From an uncultured Chlamydiales bacterium (lineage in GTDB: Bacteria > Chlamydiota > Chlamydiia > Chlamydiales > Rhabdochlamydiaceae), in contig OY969554.1 of the NCBI GenBank assembly GCA_963700985.1, forward strand, positions 512,001 through 576,000: a DNA stretch of 64,000 bases, read 5' to 3'. The notes under the pieces are model-generated. The model did not search any database, was not told the DNA's origin, and saw only the letters and a program-made list of their open reading frames with translations. Shown here in pieces: positions 38,410-47,685 of this stretch. The translations under genes were made by a program, and so were the position numbers. Each line of letters starts with the position of its first letter. The first letter of the stretch is position 1.

Positions 38410-38853
38410 ATGTCATCACCAGTCAACCCTCCGAATAATGGCGTGCCTTCTTGGTATATAGCAATTACGGGCGCTACCCCTCCTCCTGCACTTGAGGGAT
38501 CGCTTGATCCTAAGCAAGGAATGATCGACGGGATGAATGAGCTAAATAAGCTCATCTCAAAAATTGAGAAAGAATACGCAGAAGCTAAAGATAAGGCCGA
38601 ATTTCGTGCAAAGATGAAAGCGCCAGATGGATACCTCGCTGCAATTAAAAAACTAACCAACCAGTTGCACGTATGTAATAATGGTTTGCTTATCAGTAAT
38701 GATCGACACAATGAAAACAGCAGAATTATCGATTCTGTGGATAAAGTGGTAAGTGATATGTCAAATGCTGATACGGACGCCAAGTTTAGTGAATCAGCCG
38801 ATCAAGCACACGGCTGGGTGACTATCTTGTTTCTTGATTTTATGAAAAGTTAA
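38410..38853 (+). CDS. Hypothetical helical protein, paralog of 37835..38317
   Basis: Shared blocks as above; GGGAG RBS. Confidence 0.75.
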   Translation: MSSPVNPPNNGVPSWYIAITGATPPPALEGSLDPKQGMIDGMNELNKLISKIEKEYAEAKDKAEFRAKMKAPDGYLAAIKKLTNQLHVCNNGLLISNDRHNENSRIIDSVDKVVSDMSNADTDAKFSESADQAHGWVTILFLDFMKS

Positions 38854-38862
38854 TTTCAGTAT

Positions 38863-38897
38863 AAAAAAAATCGAGCAAGCCATGGACTTGCTCGATA
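38863..38897 (-). terminator. Rho-independent terminator
   Basis: A-run + ATCGAGCAAG-CCATGGA-CTTGCTCGAT. Confidence 0.7.
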
Positions 38898-38946
38898 CCT
38901 TGAAAGCGAAATAAGGCTTAGACTAGCGTCTTAGCCTTATATGTAA

Positions 38947-39069
38947 TTACTTACGAGCAGCAGACTTGCGTCTTGTTGCTGTTTTTTTGCGACGTACAGT
39001 CGATTTTTTCGCTTTAGATTTAGTAGACTTACGAGCTGTCTTTCTAGATGTTGCTCTTTTTTTTGCCAT
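38947..39069 (-). CDS. 40-aa histone H1/protamine-like basic protein (absent from ORF track)
   Basis: MAKKRATSRKTARKSTKSKAKKSTVRRKKTATRRKSAARK; 20/40 K+R; AAGGAG RBS; downstream hairpins. Confidence 0.85.
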   Translation of the reverse strand: MAKKRATSRKTARKSTKSKAKKSTVRRKKTATRRKSAARK

Positions 39070-39092
39070 GACATTTCTCCTTGTTATCATAG

Positions 39093-39147
39093 ATGAGAGG
39101 AGAGATGCAACTTCGGGTATTAACCCTTAAAGTCATTTCCTTCTCAT
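39093..39147 (-). promoter_or_regulatory. Long 5'-UTR hairpin upstream of the histone-like gene
   Basis: On -: ATGAGAAGGA..ATGACTT..GGGT-TAAT-ACCC..AAGTTGCAT..TCCTCTCAT; TGTATATT -10-like box just upstream. Confidence 0.55.
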
Positions 39148-39451
39148 ACCTTCAATATACAAATTCCAGAATTAAAAATAAAATATTTTTTATTTGACTC
39201 AATTTTTCAAACCAGAAACAAAATTCAATTTTCCTGCTTAGAAGTATACTAGAAGCCTTTTTTTAAGTTTTTAAGCTCGCTTAAAAAAATTATTTATAGC
39301 TCTAAAAATAAGTCTGATTTAACGCTCAACTAACCATTTTTTACTGAATTAGATTGTTCCAAAACTACGGAAACAACTGAAAATCAACTTGAATTACATT
39401 TGTTTCATGACCATTAACTGAATAATTACACCACCTAAACAGAAAAAGAGT

Positions 39452-39553
39452 GAACATGATCCGCTTCGCTCGAGGATTGCCTTCGGCGACAGGATATACA
39501 CGATAGCCTATCTATCCTTCCTACGCGTAATCGTCGATCATACTTATCTTGTT
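39452..39553. repeat. Degenerate ACAGGAT-type palindromic element with GAA mini-hairpins
   Basis: AACATGAT..GCTTCGC..GCCTTCGGC-GACAGGATATACACGAT...ATCGT..ATCTTGTT. Confidence 0.4.
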
Positions 39554-39602
39554 ATTTCAGCTTTTTTTTTAATGACACTGTTACAAATATGAAATAAGAA
39601 CT

Positions 39603-39636
39603 AAAAAGAAAAGCGAGCAAGAGATCTTGCTCGCTT
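39603..39636 (-). terminator. Rho-independent terminator
   Basis: AAAAAGAAAAGCGAGCAAG-AGAT-CTTGCTCGCTTT. Confidence 0.8.
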
Positions 39637-39656
39637 TATAGATAACAGCAATTAGA

Positions 39657-39803
39657 TTAACGTTTTTTCTCTGGAGACTGTGGTTGCTGTTTTGGCCATG
39701 GCTGACCTTTTTGCTGTTGTTGTTGCTGCTGTTGCGGTTGTTGCTGGTGCTTCTGGCCTGGCTGACCTTGTCCTGGCTGATTAGGTGCTTTATTCTGTTT
39801 CAT
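39657..39803 (-). CDS. 48-aa Q/P/K-rich low-complexity peptide
   Basis: MKQNKAPNQPGQGQPGQKHQQQPQQQQQQQQKGQPWPKQQPQSPEKKR; AAGGAG RBS; own terminator. Confidence 0.7.
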   Translation of the reverse strand: MKQNKAPNQPGQGQPGQKHQQQPQQQQQQQQKGQPWPKQQPQSPEKKR

Positions 39804-40029
39804 ATTACTCCTTGATGTTTCTGAAGAAAGCAGAAATGTTCTTTTTTCATGCCTTCTATTCAACACTACTCGTTTTCGTAAATAATTAAAATATTTTTAA
39901 CAATATTTCACATCTAGCTAAATATTAGATGTTTATGCCTTATAAAGAAGCTAAAGGAGAAAACACTTCACAACTTTGCACAGGTCCATTACAAGAACTC
40001 AGAAAGTCTACTTAATATTAGGAGGCCAA

Positions 40030-41451
40030 GTGCACGAAGCCGCTGTATCCAAAAAGAGACGTGTCGTTAGCGTCTTTGTACTGGCTATGCTTAATGTCTC
40101 CATTATGGCCAGCCTTAGAAACCTGCCGCTTGTGGCTGAATATGGTTTAAGCATCGTTTTCTACTTCTCTGTAGTAGCTTTCCTCTTTTTAATCCCCTGC
40201 GCGCTTGTATCTGCGGAACTGGCCACAGGTTGGCCGAAGAACGGCGGAATCTATATATGGATTAGAGAAGCTTTAGGAGATCGGTGGGGATTCTTTGGAA
40301 TCTGGATGCAGTGGGTGCATAATGTGGCTTGGTATCCGGTGATTCTTTCTTTTGTTGCCACAACCTTTGCTTATGTAGTAAGCCCAACTCTAGCACAAAA
40401 CAAGGTCTATGTCTTATCGGTGATCTTAGGCAGCTTCTGGGGAATGACTCTCCTTAACTATCTTGGCATCCGCACTTCAAGTCTTTTTAGCACCATGGGT
40501 GTGATTTTGGGTACAATCGGACCTGGAATCTTAATTATTGGGCTTGGTCTTAGCTGGTTAATTGGAGGGAATCCCGCTCAAATTCAATTCACTGCTAGCG
40601 CCATGCTCCCCGACTTATCCAGCGTAGGCAATCTAGTATTTTTATCCGGTCTCTTTTTGGCTTTTGCAGGGCTCGAAGTGACCGCAGCCTTTGCGGGTGA
40701 AGTAGAAAATCCTAAGAAAAACTATCCAAGAGCCATTCTGCTTTCTGCGATTATTACTTTTGGTCTATTTATGTTGGGTTCATTGGCAATTGCGATCGTT
40801 ATTCCGAGAGCTGAGATCAGTTTGGTGGCGGGATTAATGGATGCATTTAAAGTCTTTTTTGAGGCGTATAAATTGGGTTGGATTCTGCCCGCCTTGGGAT
40901 TTCTCTTAATTCTGGGTGCAATTGCAGAAGTCAACTCATGGATCGTAGGCCCAGTAAAAGGATTATATGCGACCTCTGTGCATGGGAATCTCCCTCCTTT
41001 TTTACAAAATCTCAACAAGCACGGCACACCAACACATCTATTACTCTTTCAAGCGATCATTGTCACATTCACTTCGTGCGTATTTCTATTCATGCCCTCT
41101 TTGAGCAGCTCCTATTGGATTTTAAGCGCTATGAGCGCACAAAGTTATCTAATCATGTACATCTTGATGTTCATCTCAGCGATTCGTTTGCGTTACACCA
41201 AACCGAATGTGCCGCGCGTCTATGAAGTTCCCTACAAAACGCGTGGGATGTGGTTTTTCTCAACCGTGGGCATTCTCGCTAGTTTGTTTGCGATCTTTTT
41301 GGGATTTGTTCCCCCTACGCAATTGAATGTTGGGAGCATCTACTTCTATGAGGGATTTTTGATCACAGGTCTTGTGATTATGGTGATTATTCCCATGGTG
41401 ATCTACCGCTTCCGTAAACCTAGCTGGGTCTTAAAAGCACACCGGCATTAA
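40030..41451 (+). CDS. APC family amino acid permease/antiporter (GadC/XasA-like)
   Basis: SLRNLP, SAELATGWP..GGIY.W, FAGLE, NPKKNYP; GTG after AGGAGG. Confidence 0.9.
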   Translation: MHEAAVSKKRRVVSVFVLAMLNVSIMASLRNLPLVAEYGLSIVFYFSVVAFLFLIPCALVSAELATGWPKNGGIYIWIREALGDRWGFFGIWMQWVHNVAWYPVILSFVATTFAYVVSPTLAQNKVYVLSVILGSFWGMTLLNYLGIRTSSLFSTMGVILGTIGPGILIIGLGLSWLIGGNPAQIQFTASAMLPDLSSVGNLVFLSGLFLAFAGLEVTAAFAGEVENPKKNYPRAILLSAIITFGLFMLGSLAIAIVIPRAEISLVAGLMDAFKVFFEAYKLGWILPALGFLLILGAIAEVNSWIVGPVKGLYATSVHGNLPPFLQNLNKHGTPTHLLLFQAIIVTFTSCVFLFMPSLSSSYWILSAMSAQSYLIMYILMFISAIRLRYTKPNVPRVYEVPYKTRGMWFFSTVGILASLFAIFLGFVPPTQLNVGSIYFYEGFLITGLVIMVIIPMVIYRFRKPSWVLKAHRH

Positions 41452-41462
41452 AGCGTGTAGAT

Positions 41463-41690
41463 AAAAAAAGACCTTCCTGCCGCTTGCGCAGCAGGAAGGT
41501 GGGAAACCATTTTTTTCTCAGGCCAGATTGCTCTTAGGCTGCTAATGAAGCACGACCTATGAGCTTGGACCTCTATTAGAGGCCTTGGTACCCTGAGAAT
41601 TCGTTGGCAGTTAAACGGCTAGCGGAGAAGATCTCGACACTAACCCCCGGCCTCAGAAAATGGCTTCAGTGGTGAGGGGTAACTCCCTCT
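41463..41690 (-). ncRNA. Candidate structured ncRNA, 6S (SsrS)-like rod
   Basis: TTGTTA-17-TAGTTT promoter; 5' GAAGCCATTTTCTGAGGCCGG pairs with 3' CTGGCCTGAGAAAAAAATGGTTTC; apical GGCCTC-TAATA-GAGGTC; GC terminator + U7; no ORF. Confidence 0.55.
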
Positions 41691-41756
41691 ATCTTTAAAC
41701 TATCATTAAAGAATTAATTTAACAAGCCCCTGAAATCACAAGCCACTAATACTTAA

Positions 41757-42698
41757 TTAATTAAAAATTTGCGAGGCTATTTCGGGGCCACCCACGGCTG
41801 AGAGGTAGTTGAGAACTGCCTCAGTACGCTCACGAACTTGAGGATGATTCAAACTTCCAAACCAGACTCCCCATTGAATGTCGTCTTGAGGAGCATTAGC
41901 TTGTGTAGACATGATTGAAAAAGCCAGCCACCCCCCTTTTATGGTCTTAAAAAGATAGGTAGCACCGATCATATCCGGCTCGATTTTAGAACAATTCAAC
42001 ACATGATCTACCAGTGAGTGTGCGTACTTGGCTCTTGCTGCATCGTAGATCTGAAGTTGTTCAGGTGTGCGCTTTTCTCGCCCGCCTTGCGGATAGGTTA
42101 CATAAAGCACTGCGCCTTTTTCTAAATAATCGCGGATAACACTTGGGCGCTCTTGTACGGTATAAAGGCGTTTGAGATCTTCTTCCATCGAACGATCGAC
42201 AGGGCTGGGCATAATCTCGCCTTTAGTGCACAGCGGCGTAGCGGGCGTAGGTGTGTGAATCACGCCCACTAAATGCACAATCTCATGTTTCTGAAAAAAA
42301 TAGGCCAGCGTGCGTTCAATCTCAGCTTGGGCGCCTACAAAGGGAGGACGCACTTCTGCATCTTTACCTGTGCGTAAAACCAGCCCTGTCGCTTGGAGTT
42401 CTTTTAAAAGAGCGAGAATTTCAGGTTTGGCATTCGACTTGCCAATTTCAGTGATCTGTTTAACCTCTTCTAAAAAGTCATAGGCAAACATATCTGTGGG
42501 AATAGGAAGGTAATTATGACAGATCTCACTTAAACAGATCTTGGGATGTTGCAGAAAACTTGTTCGCGAAGAATAGGCAAAGTGATGGTAAAGAGTTGCA
42601 CCGATTATGAGTGTAATTAACCCACCTGAAAAAAGCAGGTTTGTACGTAGAGAAAAAGAAGTCGCAGGTTTAGTGCTGCGCGAGTGTTTCTGTGGCAT
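41757..42698 (-). CDS. Hypothetical protein with N-terminal membrane anchor
   Basis: 313-aa ORF overlapping the ispG stop. Confidence 0.7.
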   Translation of the reverse strand: MPQKHSRSTKPATSFSLRTNLLFSGGLITLIIGATLYHHFAYSSRTSFLQHPKICLSEICHNYLPIPTDMFAYDFLEEVKQITEIGKSNAKPEILALLKELQATGLVLRTGKDAEVRPPFVGAQAEIERTLAYFFQKHEIVHLVGVIHTPTPATPLCTKGEIMPSPVDRSMEEDLKRLYTVQERPSVIRDYLEKGAVLYVTYPQGGREKRTPEQLQIYDAARAKYAHSLVDHVLNCSKIEPDMIGATYLFKTIKGGWLAFSIMSTQANAPQDDIQWGVWFGSLNHPQVRERTEAVLNYLSAVGGPEIASQIFN

Positions 42699-44592
42699 TT
42701 TCTTCAGGCTCCACCCAACGGTTATGTGCTTTAATTAGGGCAATGAGACGCTCATCGGCACCGACAAAATCGATATCGCGTTCGACGCACGTTTTGCCAA
42801 CATAGAGATCGACTTTTCCGGTCTTAGACCCCACATAGCCAAAATCTGCATCGGCCATCTCGCCAGGCCCGTTGACAATGCAGCCCATGATGGCAATCTT
42901 AACACCTGGCAGATGCGAAGTTTTAGCACGGATCTGCTTGGTTACGGTCTGCAACTCAAAAAGAGTGCGGCCACAGCCAGGGCATGAGATAAATTCGGTC
43001 TTTGAAGTGCGCATACGCACGGCCTGCAGAATGTTGAAACTGAGACCACGCATGAAATCGATCTCACAAGGCGTGTGTAAGCAGAGTCCTTCACCTAGGC
43101 TATCTGCTAGCAACGCTCCGCATTCGGCTGAAGCGTGAATCACTAGATCTTCAGGTGAGCAGGTATAAGTGAAGTTCAGCAATACAGGAATTTCTAATCC
43201 TTCGCGTTTGAGCCATTCAAAAAAATGACGGCTGGCATGCAAAGGTGAGTTTTTTGGTGCCAATAGAATGAAAGCCGGGCGCATTGTAGCTAAACGCTTC
43301 CACTCTTCTTCCTTATCGCTTGTCACTCTCACCACGCTATTAAAATCGGCATCCAGAGCCTCATTTAGGTCTTTGAGAAGAAGTGTATCTGGAATATGAG
43401 GAGAGCGTGTGATCATGCCAATTCCTGCACGCACCAGCTTTTGCACCATATTTAGATGCTTTTCATCGGCAGGCAGCTCATCAATTAAGAGCGCATCAGG
43501 TGTTGCACGGGTGCGCACAACGAGGCCTAGCTGCACTTTGCATCCTAGCTGAGTAAAGAGATCTTCACGGTGTAAATCAGCCGCTTTTAGCGGAAGGAGC
43601 ACTGAGCCATCGCGGTGCAAAGGGCCATCTTCACGGAGAAGAACTTTACGACGAACGATGTTGTCGATTGAGCGATGCGTTTCTTCAAAGGGCGCAATTC
43701 CTTTGCCTCGGTAGCCCTCAAAGAAGCGATTAAGCCGTTTGCAGGGGTCGATCTCTTCCCAAGGGTCTTCAGTGAGTGAGACACGGATCGTGTCGCCTAA
43801 GCCATCTAGGAGCAGCGCGCCGATGCCGACAGCCGACTTAACTCTGCCATCTTCACCCTCTCCTGCCTCAGTTACACCGAGATGGAGTGGGTAATCCCAC
43901 CCGAGCTTGATCATCTCAGCCACGAGCAGGCGATAGGCTTGCATCATCACTAGCGGATTGCTAGCTTTCATAGAGAAGATAATTTCATGATAATCATACT
44001 TTCGACAGACGCGCGCAAATTCAAGCGCCGATTCAACCATACCAAAAGGCGTATCGCCATAGCGATTCATGATGCGATCAGAAAGCGAGCCGTGATTTGT
44101 GCCAATGCGCATTGAACGTTTCAGGCGTTTACACTTTTCAATCAGCGGTGCAAACCCTTCTTCGATCTTCTCAATCTCGTCTTGATATGACGCATCATCG
44201 TATTCAAGTGTTTTAAAGGTAGCTCGCTTATCGACAAAATTGCCGGGATTAACGCGCACTTTGTCGACAAAATCGGCCACACGCATAGCTGCAGGTGGAT
44301 AGAAGTGGATATCAGCCACTAGTGGAATCTCATAGCCGCGTTTTAGCAGGCCATTTTTGATGCCTTCGCATGCATCCGCCTCTTTCATGCCCTGCACAGT
44401 TACACGAGCAATCTCGCAGCCTACATCAGCCAGGCGCATGATCTGTTCCACCGTGGCATCGACATCACGTGTGCTCGAAGTGGTCATCGACTGCAGACGG
44501 ATAGGATTATCTCCTCCAACGCCTACATTGCCAACTTTTACTTCGCGCGTTTTCCAGCGGCGAGTTTGATAGATCAGCTCATTGTATATCAT
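42670..44592 (-). CDS. ispG: 4-hydroxy-3-methylbut-2-enyl diphosphate synthase (long form)
   Basis: QSMT, VADIHF, RVNPGN, IGTNHGSLS, HLGVTEAG, SCPGCGR, MGCIVNGPGE. Confidence 0.96.
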   Translation of the reverse strand: MIYNELIYQTRRWKTREVKVGNVGVGGDNPIRLQSMTTSSTRDVDATVEQIMRLADVGCEIARVTVQGMKEADACEGIKNGLLKRGYEIPLVADIHFYPPAAMRVADFVDKVRVNPGNFVDKRATFKTLEYDDASYQDEIEKIEEGFAPLIEKCKRLKRSMRIGTNHGSLSDRIMNRYGDTPFGMVESALEFARVCRKYDYHEIIFSMKASNPLVMMQAYRLLVAEMIKLGWDYPLHLGVTEAGEGEDGRVKSAVGIGALLLDGLGDTIRVSLTEDPWEEIDPCKRLNRFFEGYRGKGIAPFEETHRSIDNIVRRKVLLREDGPLHRDGSVLLPLKAADLHREDLFTQLGCKVQLGLVVRTRATPDALLIDELPADEKHLNMVQKLVRAGIGMITRSPHIPDTLLLKDLNEALDADFNSVVRVTSDKEEEWKRLATMRPAFILLAPKNSPLHASRHFFEWLKREGLEIPVLLNFTYTCSPEDLVIHASAECGALLADSLGEGLCLHTPCEIDFMRGLSFNILQAVRMRTSKTEFISCPGCGRTLFELQTVTKQIRAKTSHLPGVKIAIMGCIVNGPGEMADADFGYVGSKTGKVDLYVGKTCVERDIDFVGADERLIALIKAHNRWVEPEENATETLAQH

Positions 44593-44667
44593 GGCAAAAG
44601 ATTATATAAATTTTGTTATCAAAATCCTATTCAAATATGCTACATAAGATAAGAAACATCTATTTTT

Positions 44668-46212
44668 ATGCATTCTAAAATTTTCTTCACATCTCTTCTG
44701 GCTGTTTTACTCGCTCTTTGCGGCTGTAGCACCAATCCCGTAACAGGCAGATCAGAGCTAATGCTCCTCTCGGAAGAGCAAGAAGTGCTTATCGGAGAGC
44801 AAAACTACAAGTTTATGCAGCAAGCCGAAGGGGGTGATTATGTCACCGATTCAGATGTGCAAAAATATGTCGAAAGAGTGGGAATGCGCCTGGCAAAGGT
44901 CAGCGATCGTCCCCACCTCCCCTACGAATTTGTGGTGCTTAACAATTCGATTCCCAATGCCTGGTCTCTACCTGGCGGAAAGATCGCCATCTATCGTGGG
45001 CTTTTGCAAGAGCTAAATAGCGAGGCAGAGCTTGCCGCCGTTCTTGGGCATGAAATCGTACACAGCGCTGCTCGCCACACCGCTCAAAGAATGCAGCGCG
45101 GCATGCTGCTTGAAACAGGGATGATTGGCCTTTCAGATCTCTTTGAAGGCCACAAATATGAAGATCTACTCATTCAAGGTGCAGGCATTGGAGCGGGCAT
45201 CATCTTTTTTAAATATAGTCGGGAAGATGAGCGCGAAGCTGACCTCTATGGAATTAAATATATGGTAGCGGCGGGCTATGACCCGCAAGCTGCGGTAGAG
45301 CTGCAACGCACATTTGTCAGACTTGCAAATGAACGCGGGGGAAATAACGACTGGCTCTCGGGTCTGTTCGCTTCACATCCTCCTTCAACTGAACGTTTGG
45401 AAAACAACCGCATCGCCGCAGCAACTTATCCTCCGGGCGGCATGTTAGGAACTAAAGAATATGCTCACGCCATGACCCGACTTAAGAAAGACAAGCCGGC
45501 CTATGACAATCTCGATCATGGATATTTGGCACTCGTAAAAGGGAATTCTAAAGAAGCTCTCTCGCTCGCAGAGCGTGGCATCAAAATCGAGCCTAAAGAA
45601 GCGCACCTGTTTAACCTCAAAGGCAAAGCTGAGCTCGCGCTTGGACAAACCCAAGATGCTCTCGGCTCATTTAATCGAGCACTCACCTTAAATTCAAACT
45701 ACTTTGACTTCTATCTGCAAAAGGGATTGCTTGAGTATCAGTTGCAAAGCTTAGACTCCGCTGAAATTGATTTAAAAAAGAGCATCGATCTTCTGCCTAC
45801 CGCCGATGCATATAATGTGCTGGGTAATATCGCCTTAAAGCGTGGCAGAAAAGAGGAGGCCCTTGAATATTTCCGCATTGCCGAAGCATCCTCTGGATCT
45901 GCCGGTATTTCTGCTCGCGCAAGCGCTAAGAAATTAGAAGGAACTCAGAATGCGCAATCCAAAGTCTTAGTTGAAGTTGAGCTCACTTCTACTGGCACAT
46001 TGAATTTCTATATCGAAAACCTCTCTCGCCAAACCATCCAAGAGCTCATCATAGATCTGACTTTTTATGACAAACAGCATAGGGTGCATGGCCAGCAGCG
46101 AGTGCGCATCGTCGACGCCATCCCAGCAGGAGAAAAGTTCTTTTTCCCTTCTTCCTTGCATGCCCCTTCAGGCACCTTTTTCGCAGAAGCTATTCTACTC
46201 AGCTTTAATTAG
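44668..46212 (+). CDS. M48 metalloprotease with TPR repeats, lipoprotein (BepA/YfgC-like)
   Basis: Lipobox LCGC-STNPVTG; NAWSLPGG, GHEIVH, E.EAD, SHP; TPRs. Confidence 0.88.
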   Translation: MHSKIFFTSLLAVLLALCGCSTNPVTGRSELMLLSEEQEVLIGEQNYKFMQQAEGGDYVTDSDVQKYVERVGMRLAKVSDRPHLPYEFVVLNNSIPNAWSLPGGKIAIYRGLLQELNSEAELAAVLGHEIVHSAARHTAQRMQRGMLLETGMIGLSDLFEGHKYEDLLIQGAGIGAGIIFFKYSREDEREADLYGIKYMVAAGYDPQAAVELQRTFVRLANERGGNNDWLSGLFASHPPSTERLENNRIAAATYPPGGMLGTKEYAHAMTRLKKDKPAYDNLDHGYLALVKGNSKEALSLAERGIKIEPKEAHLFNLKGKAELALGQTQDALGSFNRALTLNSNYFDFYLQKGLLEYQLQSLDSAEIDLKKSIDLLPTADAYNVLGNIALKRGRKEEALEYFRIAEASSGSAGISARASAKKLEGTQNAQSKVLVEVELTSTGTLNFYIENLSRQTIQELIIDLTFYDKQHRVHGQQRVRIVDAIPAGEKFFFPSSLHAPSGTFFAEAILLSFN

Positions 46213-46293
46213 TTACGTTATTAAATTAAATATTGAATTATTAATTCAATTTATGTATAATATTTAATATAATTAATTAATGGAGAAATAGAA

Positions 46294-46737
46294 ATGTCAA
46301 CTTTTAGACCAATAACAGCTTCTCAGTCCTTTACCTATGGGGAAACTGAACATAAAACCCCTCCAACAAAAACCAAGAATACACCTAGCTTAAGAGAGGG
46401 CCATCCTACATTAGCTCAGCGAACTTTAACGGCCAGAAAATTAAACGGACGCCTTTCTCCTATGGAGAAAAAAATTTACACTTTAGATTTACAACACAGC
46501 AAAAAAACAAAGGATTCAAACGCACTGTTACTAGCTTGCGCGAGTTACATTTTAGAATCGGATGATTTTGATAAAGCTGATGCCAAAACATTAATCTTTT
46601 GGATCAAAGATAAGATCTACAGCACTCCTTCGATTACAATTCAGTCGGCTAGGTTAGCCTGTGCAGCTTATAACCGTTGTAATCACGCTCTCGGTCGAAA
46701 ACCGCTCGAATTATCTAGTTTTTTAGGCGAAAACTGA
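46294..46737 (+). CDS. Hypothetical putative effector
   Basis: T/P/S-rich N-terminus, GGAG RBS, AT-rich promoter. Confidence 0.6.
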   Translation: MSTFRPITASQSFTYGETEHKTPPTKTKNTPSLREGHPTLAQRTLTARKLNGRLSPMEKKIYTLDLQHSKKTKDSNALLLACASYILESDDFDKADAKTLIFWIKDKIYSTPSITIQSARLACAAYNRCNHALGRKPLELSSFLGEN

Positions 46738-46741
46738 AAAG

Positions 46742-47566
46742 CTAATAGTCGAAGTCAGACCACTCAGTTTTACAATAACGGATGTTTTTGTTTAATCCGT
46801 CTATTTGCGCCATCTCAGCATTTGTCAATACGAAATCGAAGATGGCCAGGTTTTCTTTCAAATGCGCCTCAGATGAGGCTTTTGGAATCGTCGGAATCTG
46901 CTTCTGGATCAGCCAGCGCAGGATGACTTGAGCTGGGGTTTTTTGATGCCTTTTGCCGATCTCTTCAAATATCGGTTCATTTACAAGCTTTCCCTTTCCA
47001 AGCGGGCGATAGCTTTGTAACACAATCTTCTGCTTTTTGCAAAACTCCCAGAGCTCTTTTTGATAAAGATAAGGATGAAACTCCACTTGATTGACATGCA
47101 CTTGAATGCCAGCATCGATAAAGTCTTGGAGGTGATGGATGGTGCAATTGCACACGCCGATGCTACGAAGTTTACCCTCTTTAATCAGGCCTTGCATTCT
47201 CTTAAGGATCTCAATCATGGGCAAAGAGCGATCAGGCCAGTGCAAAAGATAGAGATCGATATATGAAGTATTGAGCTCCTTTAAGGCAAGCTCGCAGGCT
47301 TTTTCTATGCTTGTGACTACGTGCTCTCGGTTGATTTGGCCAAGCGAGAGCTTAGTCGTTAAAAATAGACTCTCTCTGGCTACGCCCTTGATCCCTTCTG
47401 CAATCACTCGATGATTTCCATACAGATGCGCAGTATCGAGAAGCCTATAACCTAGCTCAAGCGCGTTTCGCACTTCTTTGGCGCTCTCTAAATGGTAAGT
47501 GCCTAACCCCAAAAGAGGCATCTTCTGTACATTGGCTAATGAAACCGTCTGCATAGAATCACCCAT
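46742..47566 (-). CDS. Aldo/keto reductase
   Basis: GLGTY, DTAHLYGN, IDLYLLHWP, NQVEFHP, IPKAS. Confidence 0.92.
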   Translation of the reverse strand: MGDSMQTVSLANVQKMPLLGLGTYHLESAKEVRNALELGYRLLDTAHLYGNHRVIAEGIKGVARESLFLTTKLSLGQINREHVVTSIEKACELALKELNTSYIDLYLLHWPDRSLPMIEILKRMQGLIKEGKLRSIGVCNCTIHHLQDFIDAGIQVHVNQVEFHPYLYQKELWEFCKKQKIVLQSYRPLGKGKLVNEPIFEEIGKRHQKTPAQVILRWLIQKQIPTIPKASSEAHLKENLAIFDFVLTNAEMAQIDGLNKNIRYCKTEWSDFDY

Positions 47567-47685
47567 AAACTGCGCCTTCCTCTTAGCCTTTTATATGCCA
47601 AGATTTGGTTTAACATTTATATTTTATAAGAGCAATTAGAGAAGATGAGCTTGTTCAGCAAGGAGAAAAAGGAGATTTGTGGTTT

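Noticed and set aside
38379-38783. 134-aa minus-strand ORF
   Set aside because: Antisense to 38410..38853, which is supported by paralogy and an RBS.
41534-41615. tmRNA-like tag frame on the - strand (TAACT-GCC AAC GAA ... TTA GCA GCC TAA, i.e. ANE...LAA*)
   Set aside because: Two in-frame stops (TAA TAG) interrupt it; there is no tRNA-like acceptor or T-arm, and the RNA is too short for tmRNA.
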